Part shown: positions 26,649-35,777 of the stretch, piece after piece
Numbering within the stretch: position 1 is the first letter of the stretch
How the letters are laid out: every line of letters starts with the position of its first letter
Origin: Candidatus Saccharimonadales bacterium
GTDB taxonomy: Bacteria; Patescibacteriota; Saccharimonadia; Saccharimonadales; OMJO01
Length of the DNA: 64,000 nt
Direction: 5' to 3'
Assembly (NCBI GenBank): GCA_035480035.1
Contig: DATIID010000008.1
Span: 74,401-138,400, forward strand
Position numbers and translations under genes: made by a program
The notes under the pieces: generated by a model
The model's input: only the letters and a program-made list of their open reading frames with translations
What the model was told of the DNA's origin: nothing
Database searches by the model: none

Positions 26649-28563
26649 GAAAATTGACGCTGTCACCGCCGCCGAACAACAACGCTTGCTTGAAGAACAA
26701 CAAGTCCAAACTGCTTTTCAAAAAGGCATTACGGCGCTGCGCGATTTTATTGCACCCAGTTCCATCGAGTTAAAATCGACTTTTTTCCAGATTGGTACAC
26801 GTTATGCTCGAGCTTACTACGTTTATGGCTACCCGAGGCAGTTATTTACTGGTTGGCAGAGCAGCATAATCAATCTTGACGAAGTAATTGACCTGTCGAT
26901 GTACATTTACCCAGTGGAAAGCCAAGTTGTGTTGGAAAACCTGCGCAAAAAAGTCGGGCAACTGGAAGCTGGTTTGCAGATCGACGCCGAAAAAGGCCGC
27001 GTTCGAGATCCGGCCAAACAAATTGCCATTTTAGACGCTGAAGAAATGCGCGACAAATTGCAGGTCGGGGAGGAACGCTTCTTTAGATTTAGCATGTACT
27101 TCACGCTTTACGGTAGTAGCCAGGAAGAGTTGGAGTTTGTTTCGCGCAAAGTTGAATCGATTCTTGGACAACAGTTAATTTTTTCTAAGCCGGCCACGTC
27201 TCAGCAAGAGCAAGGTTTAAACAGTACGATTCCGCAGTTTATAGACCAATTGCAGATTAAACGTAATTTTAGCACTGGTGCGCTTAGTACCAGTTTCCCA
27301 TTCACCTCGGCTGATCTAACTCAAGAAAACGGTATCCTTTATGGCATCAACATGCACAACTCAGGTTTAGTTATCTTTGATCGGTTTACTCTAGAAAACA
27401 GCAATGCCGTGGTGTTTGCGAAGTCTGGCGCCGGTAAATCTTTCGCGGTTAAGTTGGAAGCTTTGCGAAGTCTGATGATGGGTACGGAGATTTTTATCAT
27501 CGACCCAGAGAACGAGTATCAGCGTATGGCTGAAGCCGTTGGCGGGGCATATATTCGACTGAGCCTAAACTCTGCGACTCGAATCAATCCATTTGACCTA
27601 CCGACTGTAGTGGATGTTGAGGAGGCCGACAACGCCTTGCGTAGTAACTTAATTACCTTGCATGGATTGCTGCGTCTAATGATGGGTGGTGCTCAAGCCG
27701 TCCTGGCCAGTGGTTCGTCAACTGCCGCACCGGCGCTATCTCCAGTTGAAGAGGCCGATCTGGATTCCTCCCTAATTGAAACTTATGCCCGCGCCGGCAT
27801 TACCAATGACCCCTTAACTCACAAGTCACCACCTCCCACCATTAATGATTTATATGACACACTCCTGCACATGGGTGGCTCGGGACCGCAATTGGCTTCG
27901 CGTCTACGCAAATATACCAGCGGCACATTTGCTGGCATTTTTTCTCAGCCCAGCAATATCGACATCAACAATACTATGGTGGTCTTTAACATCCGCGACC
28001 TAGAAGACGAATTACGACCGGTCGCTATGTACATCGTGCTGAACTATATTTGGAACAAAACTAAGGCCGACCAACAACGTCGTATCTTGGTCGTGGACGA
28101 GGCCTGGCAATTGATGAAATACGAGGACTCGGCTAATTTCTTATATTCGTTAGCGAAACGGGCTCGTAAATACAACCTTGGTATTACCACAATCACTCAG
28201 GACGTCGAAGACTTTATGGGTTCCCGTATGGGTCGGGCGATTGTGGCCAACGCCAGTATGCAGGTGCTTATGAAGCAAGCGCCATCGGCCGTTGATGTGT
28301 TATCTGATGTTTTTAAGTTGACCAGCGAAGAAAAGAAGCGGCTCAGCCAATTCCCGGTCGGACAAGGTCTATTCTTTGCAGGACAAAACCATGTGCACAT
28401 TCAAGTAGCGGCCAGCGCGACGGAAACTGGTTTGATCTCAACAACACCAGTCGCTAGGCAAGCAGCTGCAGCTCAGGCTAGTCAGTCAACCGGCGAACTT
28501 GACCAAGCCCAGGGCAGTATCGAACTGAACAATCAGCCACCACCGCCAGCGGGGGGAGTATAA
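26641..28563 (+). CDS. virB4: VirB4/TrbE-family T4SS ATPase
   Basis: IAPSSIELKS...IGTRYARAYYVYGYPR VirB4 region; Walker A AKSGAGKSF; Walker B RILVVDEAWQLM; 640 aa. Confidence 0.7.
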   Translation: MAKKIDAVTAAEQQRLLEEQQVQTAFQKGITALRDFIAPSSIELKSTFFQIGTRYARAYYVYGYPRQLFTGWQSSIINLDEVIDLSMYIYPVESQVVLENLRKKVGQLEAGLQIDAEKGRVRDPAKQIAILDAEEMRDKLQVGEERFFRFSMYFTLYGSSQEELEFVSRKVESILGQQLIFSKPATSQQEQGLNSTIPQFIDQLQIKRNFSTGALSTSFPFTSADLTQENGILYGINMHNSGLVIFDRFTLENSNAVVFAKSGAGKSFAVKLEALRSLMMGTEIFIIDPENEYQRMAEAVGGAYIRLSLNSATRINPFDLPTVVDVEEADNALRSNLITLHGLLRLMMGGAQAVLASGSSTAAPALSPVEEADLDSSLIETYARAGITNDPLTHKSPPPTINDLYDTLLHMGGSGPQLASRLRKYTSGTFAGIFSQPSNIDINNTMVVFNIRDLEDELRPVAMYIVLNYIWNKTKADQQRRILVVDEAWQLMKYEDSANFLYSLAKRARKYNLGITTITQDVEDFMGSRMGRAIVANASMQVLMKQAPSAVDVLSDVFKLTSEEKKRLSQFPVGQGLFFAGQNHVHIQVAASATETGLISTTPVARQAAAAQASQSTGELDQAQGSIELNNQPPPPAGGV

Positions 28564-28584
28564 TGTGGCAAAAGGGTATTTGGG

Positions 28585-31500
28585 GTGAGTAATAACGACT
28601 TAGAGGAACGCGAAACTAGCGGTGACGATTTTTCCAAAAATCTCGATGCCAAATATTCAAAGGCTGAACGCAAAAAACTTGAAGAAAAATCTCAAAAAGA
28701 AGCCGAATCACCAACCACTGAGCAACTCGCTAAAGACCGGCAAGAATCGGCCAAGTCGGCCGGACAAGATGACGGTAACAGTATTCCGTTTCGACAAGAG
28801 AAAAAAAGCCGCTTCAAAGGCAAAGGTAAGGGGGGTAGCCGTAGTCTTGCCAAAAAAGCGCTGATTGGTGGCGGCATTGGTGGCGGCATCGTCGCGCTAA
28901 TAATTACGATCTTTGTTAGCTTGTTGCCACTTAAGTTAATTCACATTTTTGAAAACTTGCAGCAACATTTTTTTGGTACTAGCGAATCGGCTGTCCAAAA
29001 CCGCTCCGAAAGATTACTTAGCGACTACCTCAAAAAGAAAGTAGCGCCAGGTATGACTATCGGTGGACCTTGTGGTCGCTGGAGCACTATTGATAAAAAT
29101 TGTGTCAAAAACTCACCAACTGACTCCGCGTCTGGCCGTTTATATAACGCTTGGCGGGACGCCCGAATTGAGAACGACTTATCGTCTAAATTCGGCATTG
29201 AGCTAGCCAAGACCGGTCCAACCCAATTCAAATTAAGCATCAACGGCACTGATTCAGGTGTTAATGTTGATGGCTGGTTAAACTCGACTAATGACAAAAC
29301 AACATTGTGGACAGCTATTGGTGGTCGGTCAGACGTCCGTCAAACATTTCGGCAAGCCTTTCAGAACGAGACATACCTTAAAAGGATTATGTATCGCTTC
29401 AAGGTCGGACGTTTACTGGAGCGCAAGTACGGCATTAAGCGGTGTGTGTTTGCTTGTAACGCCAAAGATAAGTTCGATGACTGGGGCGATAACAGCAGCC
29501 AAGCCTTTAAGTTAATGGTGATTCGCCGGGTCATAATTCCACACACCCAGTTTGTCGGCTTTGCGTTAGAGTGTATCATCACCAATACCTGTGGCAATAA
29601 TACGACTACGGATGTTACCCAAGACGGTGAAGACAATCAACGCCGTGACACGCTTGAGAAAAAGATAGCCGCAATGCTGCAGAAAAACGCTGTCGAGTAT
29701 AGTGCCGATTCGGTTTCTAAAATCGCGACAGTGGCCGAGCAGATATTAAAATACGATAAAGCTGGTGGCTTTACGAATTATTTAATTCAAAGCATTGCCG
29801 ATTCGGTTAGTAGCGATCTGGTTAGTGGTGCCACCGAAAAAGCGATACCAATTATTGGCTATATTGATATGGCGGCCAAGGTCTGGAGTACTGTAGCCAA
29901 CGCCGGACCGAAGATTAAGCGCTGGACATTCGCTATCACGACGACGGCGATGATTACGTACTATATGATGGGCGCTTCGCAAGCCAGCGAGATTAAAGCC
30001 GGTCATACTAACCATCAGGTAACAGGGTCTTTGGTTAGCGCCCTAGGCAATACCGCCGGCAGCGCCGGCCACCAAAACCAGCCAGCCGAAAACGCACCGC
30101 TGTATACCGCCCTGATAGGTGGTAATGGCCCGCCGCAGCGTTCGATTATTAGTACTATGCTACCTAGCGCTTTAGCGGCCGATCCGGCTAATCCAGATTT
30201 ATCGCCAAAAGCCTACACCTGTGATGACGGTAGTATATTGAATACCGCAAAAAGCCTAGTTTGTCCCGAGGAAAGTGTTAAAGCCAGTAATATTTTTGTA
30301 AAAATTTCCGATTTGTTTCATAGTCCACCATTAAGCGGGATAACTACATTCTTCAATATTTGGAATAAAAGTATCGGCACGATCTTGGGTTGGGTTGGTA
30401 AAATAGGTGCTCTCGGGTGGAATGTTGTTGACAATATTTTAAATGGTATAGTGCCCGGCTATAAAAGCGCCAAAGATGCCATTTTGGCGCAGGTCGGAAA
30501 GTTACTCGAAGCCGTGGCCCAATGGCTCATACCGTCGCCGATATCTGACAACATGAGCGGTGCCAGATCGTTTGATATGTTAGCCGGTGGGGCCGATGCC
30601 GCCGGATCCGACTATTCGCATTATGGTTTAGGTGCCAAGCGGGTAACTGATCAAGTGGCGGCCAGGATAGAGCAAGAACAAGAAGACCAGGCTTTACAAG
30701 ATTTTCAAAGCCGGCCTTTCTTTGCGCGGATGTTTGATGTTCAGGATGCTCATTCGCTAGTCTCACAGCTAGCTATGGATGTGCCGATAAGCACCAACAC
30801 TATTGTCCAAAACGGTTTGGCGTCATTTATCTCAAATCCATTCACGAAAATATTCAACGGTTTTGCCGCTATGTTGCCGGGTGGCCAAAAAGTCCATGCT
30901 GCCCCAATCAATGACCCGTTTGGTATTCCGCAGTTCGCTTATGATTTAAATGATCCTGAAGTCCAGGCCGCCATGGGAGTAGACCCAGACACACTGACTG
31001 ATTCGGTTTGCGCTCAGATGAATAAAGACTGGGCTAACGGTACTGGTCAATTTGCTGGTACGCTAAAGATTGATCCCGATACCGGCAGTGATTACCACAC
31101 AAAAGTTGATCCCTGTTTATTAAATTCCGCGGCGGCCGGAAGCGCTGGTGGCTACTTCAGTACTGATGTATTGTCAGCGTCTGATCTAGGCCCGCCATCT
31201 TCTAACAACGGCAACAACAATCCGCCACCAACAGGAGGCGGAACTGGTGGTTATCATAATCCGTTTCATGATATGACTAATGTGTTGCAGAGCCGTATCG
31301 ATGAAGGCGTTGACTACGTCGCTAAGTCTGGCACGTCTGTGCCGGTTTACGCTATCGGCAATGGTGTAGTTGATATAGTTTCTTCAAACAGTACTTTTTA
31401 TACGACTTCGGCCGGTAACGCTGACTGGGTAACTTATCACCTAACTGATGGTCCGGCAGCTGGCAAATATATCTACATTGCCGAGGGCTGCCCCATTAGC

Positions 31501-31767
31501 ACAATTAGCCCGGGCGATAAAATCACCTGGCAGACGCGGCTGTGCGACATGGAGCCAGACAGCATTGAGATGGGCTGGGCGTCTGGTGGCACCATCCAAA
31601 CACCGGCGGCCAGCAATGTCTATATTGAGTGTCATCAAACAGCTTATGGTGTCAATTTTAATCAATTACTAGTTAAATTAGGCGCACCGACTGGCCATCC
31701 GGACACTGGTGGCGGAGCTTGTCTAAATATCGAGGGTAGCTTGCCGGGAGGGTGGCCGTCGTGGTGA
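28585..31767 (+). CDS. Large bitopic surface protein with C-terminal LytM/M23-like domain (catalytic residues apparently degenerate); PrgK/VirB1-analog candidate
   Basis: 1060 aa; charged N-terminus; single TM (IGGGIGGGIVALIITIFVSLL); C-terminal GVDYVAKSGTSVPVYAIGNGVVDIV matches the M23 core, but the HxxxD His and the HxH motif are replaced (IDEGVD; NVYIECHQ). Confidence 0.4.
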   Translation: MSNNDLEERETSGDDFSKNLDAKYSKAERKKLEEKSQKEAESPTTEQLAKDRQESAKSAGQDDGNSIPFRQEKKSRFKGKGKGGSRSLAKKALIGGGIGGGIVALIITIFVSLLPLKLIHIFENLQQHFFGTSESAVQNRSERLLSDYLKKKVAPGMTIGGPCGRWSTIDKNCVKNSPTDSASGRLYNAWRDARIENDLSSKFGIELAKTGPTQFKLSINGTDSGVNVDGWLNSTNDKTTLWTAIGGRSDVRQTFRQAFQNETYLKRIMYRFKVGRLLERKYGIKRCVFACNAKDKFDDWGDNSSQAFKLMVIRRVIIPHTQFVGFALECIITNTCGNNTTTDVTQDGEDNQRRDTLEKKIAAMLQKNAVEYSADSVSKIATVAEQILKYDKAGGFTNYLIQSIADSVSSDLVSGATEKAIPIIGYIDMAAKVWSTVANAGPKIKRWTFAITTTAMITYYMMGASQASEIKAGHTNHQVTGSLVSALGNTAGSAGHQNQPAENAPLYTALIGGNGPPQRSIISTMLPSALAADPANPDLSPKAYTCDDGSILNTAKSLVCPEESVKASNIFVKISDLFHSPPLSGITTFFNIWNKSIGTILGWVGKIGALGWNVVDNILNGIVPGYKSAKDAILAQVGKLLEAVAQWLIPSPISDNMSGARSFDMLAGGADAAGSDYSHYGLGAKRVTDQVAARIEQEQEDQALQDFQSRPFFARMFDVQDAHSLVSQLAMDVPISTNTIVQNGLASFISNPFTKIFNGFAAMLPGGQKVHAAPINDPFGIPQFAYDLNDPEVQAAMGVDPDTLTDSVCAQMNKDWANGTGQFAGTLKIDPDTGSDYHTKVDPCLLNSAAAGSAGGYFSTDVLSASDLGPPSSNNGNNNPPPTGGGTGGYHNPFHDMTNVLQSRIDEGVDYVAKSGTSVPVYAIGNGVVDIVSSNSTFYTTSAGNADWVTYHLTDGPAAGKYIYIAEGCPISTISPGDKITWQTRLCDMEPDSIEMGWASGGTIQTPAASNVYIECHQTAYGVNFNQLLVKLGAPTGHPDTGGGACLNIEGSLPGGWPSW

Positions 31768-33140
31768 CACCCAAACGCCATCTGAGATTTACTCGATCTG
31801 GGTCAGCATTTGACTTGGTATTGATGTTGTTGGTTGGTGTATTACTAATTAATTTAACTTGGCCGGCTATCGTGTCGGCAGCTAGCCTTTCACAAGACGA
31901 CAAGGAAGCTATCGTTGGAAACTGGCCGCACTGGACGACCCAAAATTTTGCCAGTGATACTTCCACCACCGGCGGTGGAACTTGTGGTGGTTCAAACGGT
32001 GCCACTGATGGCGGCAAAGTTTATTTTTTGGGTGACTCCATCGGCGTTAGAACAACTCCGGCTTTAACCACCGCTTTAAGTGCTAAAGGCTTTAAGCTAA
32101 AGTCAGATTCGTTATCGTCTCGTACATTATCGGGCGGAAGTGTTTCGCCCGACGGCTTAACGGCCGCTCGACAAGCCGCCGACAAAGCCTTCATTAAAAC
32201 GGCTAACGTAATCGTGATTGAACTGGGTACTAATAGCTCAGGATTTTCAAATGCTAACATTGATAAGTTAATTAGCGAAATTCGGCCAATTGCTCAACCA
32301 GGTGCAAAATTTTATTGGGTTGATACAGTCGTGGTTGGTCGTGGTAATGCATATGCGTCATCTTTTAGCGCAACCAATCAGACTATTTATGGCCACAAAT
32401 CAATCGGTAATTACGCCGTTATATCTTGGAACAAGAAAGTATTGGGCGCTAACGCCAATCCCCTTAATATTAGGCCTAGTGCCGTTGATACAAATGGTTA
32501 TATTGATAAGACTGACCATCTAGGTGTACATCCGACTGTTCCAAAGGGCTCTAATGCTTTGGCTAATTTAATTACCACGGCCGTTGTTAATGGCGGCGGG
32601 GGTTGTAGTGGTGGTGGTACTGTTGCTGGTAACTGTAACGAAGATAAGGTGTGGAATTTCTTTATTGGCAAGGGCTTATCCCAGGTCGCTACCGCCGGTA
32701 TCATGGGCAACTTTCAGGCCGAGTCCCACTTTGAACCACGACTTGTTCAATATGGCGGCCGCAACTATAAAGGTCAGGTTTCAGTCCAGGGCCAACCCTC
32801 CAGTCTTGCCGACTATTTGAACGCCGATGGCACGACTGGCTACGGCATTGCCCAATGGACAGCAATTGGCAGACAAACTGGTTTACACAATTATGCTACT
32901 AGTAAAAAAACCATTGACGGCAATCTAACTACCCAGCTTGGTTGGGCCTGGACGGAAATTACCAGTCCGTATTTTGCCCACGTTTATCTGGTCTTAAAAA
33001 CCTCAAAGAATATTGCTGAAATCAATTCGGTCTTCGGACATGAATATGAAGGCTATGGTACAAATACTGAAGCCACTCGTCTACAATTCGGTCAGGATAT
33101 TTTAAACGCCCTGGGTGGCGGCGGAAGTTCGTGTACTTAA
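31752..33140 (+). CDS. Secreted/membrane-anchored SGNH(GDSL) hydrolase fused to a lysozyme-like domain (putative peptidoglycan esterase/hydrolase)
   Basis: N-terminal TM/signal; SGNH blocks FLGDSIG, ELGTNS, DHLGVH; C-terminal AGIMGNFQAESHFEP...GYGIAQWT resembles the phage-tail-lysozyme-like muramidase family (tentative recall). Confidence 0.45.
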   Translation: MAVVVTPKRHLRFTRSGSAFDLVLMLLVGVLLINLTWPAIVSAASLSQDDKEAIVGNWPHWTTQNFASDTSTTGGGTCGGSNGATDGGKVYFLGDSIGVRTTPALTTALSAKGFKLKSDSLSSRTLSGGSVSPDGLTAARQAADKAFIKTANVIVIELGTNSSGFSNANIDKLISEIRPIAQPGAKFYWVDTVVVGRGNAYASSFSATNQTIYGHKSIGNYAVISWNKKVLGANANPLNIRPSAVDTNGYIDKTDHLGVHPTVPKGSNALANLITTAVVNGGGGCSGGGTVAGNCNEDKVWNFFIGKGLSQVATAGIMGNFQAESHFEPRLVQYGGRNYKGQVSVQGQPSSLADYLNADGTTGYGIAQWTAIGRQTGLHNYATSKKTIDGNLTTQLGWAWTEITSPYFAHVYLVLKTSKNIAEINSVFGHEYEGYGTNTEATRLQFGQDILNALGGGGSSCT

Positions 33141-33172
33141 GATGTTAAGTAAATTGAGAAAGAACTATCATC

Positions 33173-34687
33173 ATGAGAAATAAACTCGCGGCACTAGTCC
33201 TAATATTTGTGGTGTTAGTAGCGGCGATTTGGTTTAAGGGCCAGTCATTTCTAGAAATTACAATTAATAACGGAGCGGGCCAGCTGTCCTATAGCTTGGT
33301 TAATCAAAATTCTCAAAAAATAATTAGCCTAAAAAATTCTTCAAACCATATCAAAAAAAGATTACCAGTGGGCAACTATGAATTGGTGGCAACTAATGGC
33401 AGTGGCAGTTTTTTGGCAGTGGCCAAAACCCATGGTTTCTTTCGGACTACAAGTATTAGTGGGAGTCTACAACCTGAGCGGGAAAGACAGTTTATTGGTA
33501 ACGACCCCGGTTCATGTATGAATTACATTGATAAAATTTTAATTTCTTATGATTGTGGTAGTTTGTTGAGCGACGCGGTGATTCATGCACCCGCTACGGC
33601 TAAGTTACCCAGTTACATCTACAAAAATCCAGCTGAAACTTTTGGCGGCGGCGAATCAGGAGGTGAGGCTTCAGAGATCACGCTCAATGGTTATATCCAG
33701 GGCACAATTACTATTGGCAATGACTTATGGGCTTTAATCCAATCGACCGCTGGCAAAACTGGACCGGTCATAGCAATTGCTAAATTGAAAAATAATCTGG
33801 CGTTGGATGATCGGGTCGCTTTAAGTGACCTTGATATTGACCTGTCGTACAATATAAAGCCGTATAAAAGTGGGTTTATTGTTTATGACTCAACGTTTGG
33901 TGGCGATATTTATTATTACGCCACGCCTCAATCTAAACCCGATATATTAAGTTTTGTCCGTCCTCAGAGCCGTGATTTAGCGGCCACCAGTTTAGACACT
34001 CACGACAACAAGATTCTAATGTTTTACTCACAACCAACTACAGACTCAGGTAAAGCAACTTCGGAAATTGCCCTTAGTTCAGATGGTCATGAGTCCCATT
34101 TTAAGCTTAACAAAGCCTATATTAGGGTTGGCTTTTGTGGCTCTGATAAAGTTTGTGCACTTGGCGACAAGGGTTTGGACATTTACAACATTAGTGGCAA
34201 AAAGGCCGCCATGTTATTCGCGGTCAACGGCATTACCGATTTCAGGACGTATGGTGACAGAGTAATTGCGGTTCGTCAAAAAGATATCATCGATTTAGAC
34301 GTTAGTTCGCAAACCGGCTTCATTTCCTACAGTTTTGGAGATTACGAGTATGCTGACATTCAAGCCGACCAGACCGGTTACATTTTGCGCCTAAACGGCC
34401 CAAGCGGCAGCTCAGCCTTATTGATTGATGAAAAAAGTAATGTCACAACGGCGATTGATAAGAAAGTTTTGGAGATTGGCGCCTGGTCCGAAGTAAAGTC
34501 GGTTTCGGCTTATGGCAATTACGTCTTTATTTCGCCGAATATTGGTGAGCCTGATCAGTACAACAGTCAACTGCGGATTTTTGACTATGATCCAGCTAAA
34601 CGCCAAGCGGCCACTAATAGCATTAACCAAAAGTTGCCGCCTTTAAATATCGATAAAAAATATACGGTTGTTAATTTACTTCAATAG
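33173..34687 (+). CDS. Hypothetical N-terminally anchored extracytoplasmic protein (last gene of the T4SS-like block)
   Basis: 504 aa; N-terminal TM (LAALVLIFVVLVAAIW) then a large beta-rich-looking domain; no motif recognised. Confidence 0.3.
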   Translation: MRNKLAALVLIFVVLVAAIWFKGQSFLEITINNGAGQLSYSLVNQNSQKIISLKNSSNHIKKRLPVGNYELVATNGSGSFLAVAKTHGFFRTTSISGSLQPERERQFIGNDPGSCMNYIDKILISYDCGSLLSDAVIHAPATAKLPSYIYKNPAETFGGGESGGEASEITLNGYIQGTITIGNDLWALIQSTAGKTGPVIAIAKLKNNLALDDRVALSDLDIDLSYNIKPYKSGFIVYDSTFGGDIYYYATPQSKPDILSFVRPQSRDLAATSLDTHDNKILMFYSQPTTDSGKATSEIALSSDGHESHFKLNKAYIRVGFCGSDKVCALGDKGLDIYNISGKKAAMLFAVNGITDFRTYGDRVIAVRQKDIIDLDVSSQTGFISYSFGDYEYADIQADQTGYILRLNGPSGSSALLIDEKSNVTTAIDKKVLEIGAWSEVKSVSAYGNYVFISPNIGEPDQYNSQLRIFDYDPAKRQAATNSINQKLPPLNIDKKYTVVNLLQ

Positions 34688-34689
34688 AT

Positions 34690-35751
34690 TTATTTGACAA
34701 GCGGTATGATTCGGCTGTTGCCAGTAAAGTGCTGAACTACCACATCAGCGTCGGTCGTGGTAATAAAAGTTTGGTAATCTTGTAAGAAATTGGTTAGGGC
34801 GCGCCGTCTGGCGCCGTCTAATTCACTAAACACATCGTCAAGCAGTAGTATTGGCCGCTGCTCATAGCGTTTTTCAACGATATCGAGCTCAATAATTTTG
34901 AGAGCCAGCAGCAAGGTGCGAATCTCGCCACGTGACGCACTGTCTTGAATGTCGTGTCCGGCAAACGTTATTTTCAAGTCATCACGATGTGGTCCATAAG
35001 CCGTGAAGCCGCGCTCTAGGTCCAATTCAACACTAGCGTCCAGTTTGTGTAAAAACTGGCTACTGTACTGATTTAATGGAACTTTAGAATCATAGCTAGC
35101 TCTAACTTTAGCTCGACTGTTAGCTAGCTTATTATAAAGTTTCGGTAATTTTTGATCGATAGTGGCGACTAGTTTCTGGCGCTCCGTTACAATGTGGCCA
35201 CCTAACTCGCTCAACCGAACGTTCCAGGCAAAAAGTTGCTGACGAACATCGGTTGGGTGTTGTTTGAGCAAACGATTGCGTTGAGCTAGAGCTCGTTTGT
35301 ACTGCTGCCTAAGCGAACCGTAACCAACGACGGTTTGCTCCAGAAGATCGTCCAAATAATCGCGACGGGCTTCTGGACCACGTAAAAATAATTGCAGGTG
35401 GTTTGGTTCAAACAAGACGACGGCTAGCTGTTTGGGTTGAGTAATTCGTCGGCTGATTTGGTCATTTATGGTCAGGTTTTTTTCGACACTACCGGCCGGA
35501 TTATTAATTAGTTTTAGGATACGGTTGGCGTTTGGAGTATAGGCTTCGATGCGTGCCCAGGGTCGACCGTACTTAATCGTCTCCTGGTCTTTGGCGCGAT
35601 AAGATTTGCCGGCGCAAATCATTAAAATCGCCTCTAGTAAATTGGTTTTGCCACTGGCATTGGGGCCAACAATAATATTTACGCTGTCGTCGAACTCAAA
35701 CGAATCGTCTTTGTATGATCGGAAATTCTGAACCCGAATAGTGTTTAACAT
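34690..35751 (-). CDS. recF: DNA replication and repair protein RecF
   Basis: Canonical N-terminus MLNTIRVQNFRSY; Walker A GPNASGKTN; C-terminal LLLDDVFSELD. Start set at the internal ATG (35751), not track start 35841, which would overlap dnaN. Confidence 0.8.
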   Translation of the reverse strand: MLNTIRVQNFRSYKDDSFEFDDSVNIIVGPNASGKTNLLEAILMICAGKSYRAKDQETIKYGRPWARIEAYTPNANRILKLINNPAGSVEKNLTINDQISRRITQPKQLAVVLFEPNHLQLFLRGPEARRDYLDDLLEQTVVGYGSLRQQYKRALAQRNRLLKQHPTDVRQQLFAWNVRLSELGGHIVTERQKLVATIDQKLPKLYNKLANSRAKVRASYDSKVPLNQYSSQFLHKLDASVELDLERGFTAYGPHRDDLKITFAGHDIQDSASRGEIRTLLLALKIIELDIVEKRYEQRPILLLDDVFSELDGARRRALTNFLQDYQTFITTTDADVVVQHFTGNSRIIPLVK

Positions 35752-35777
35752 TGTCTTTATTGTACTTGAGTCGTTAC

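Noticed and set aside
31200-31767. Calling 28585-31767 an active M23 endopeptidase
   Set aside because: The M23 core aligns, but the expected Zn-ligand His of HxxxD and the HxH motif are not present by eye. It is reported as an M23-like, possibly non-catalytic domain instead.
17161-34687. Integrative conjugative element / genomic island interpretation of the T4SS block
   Set aside because: No integrase, relaxase, VirD4, direct repeats at tRNA genes or compositional shift is visible. The block is flanked by core genes (comFC/hsp20 and recF-dnaN-dnaA), so it is treated as a chromosomal apparatus.
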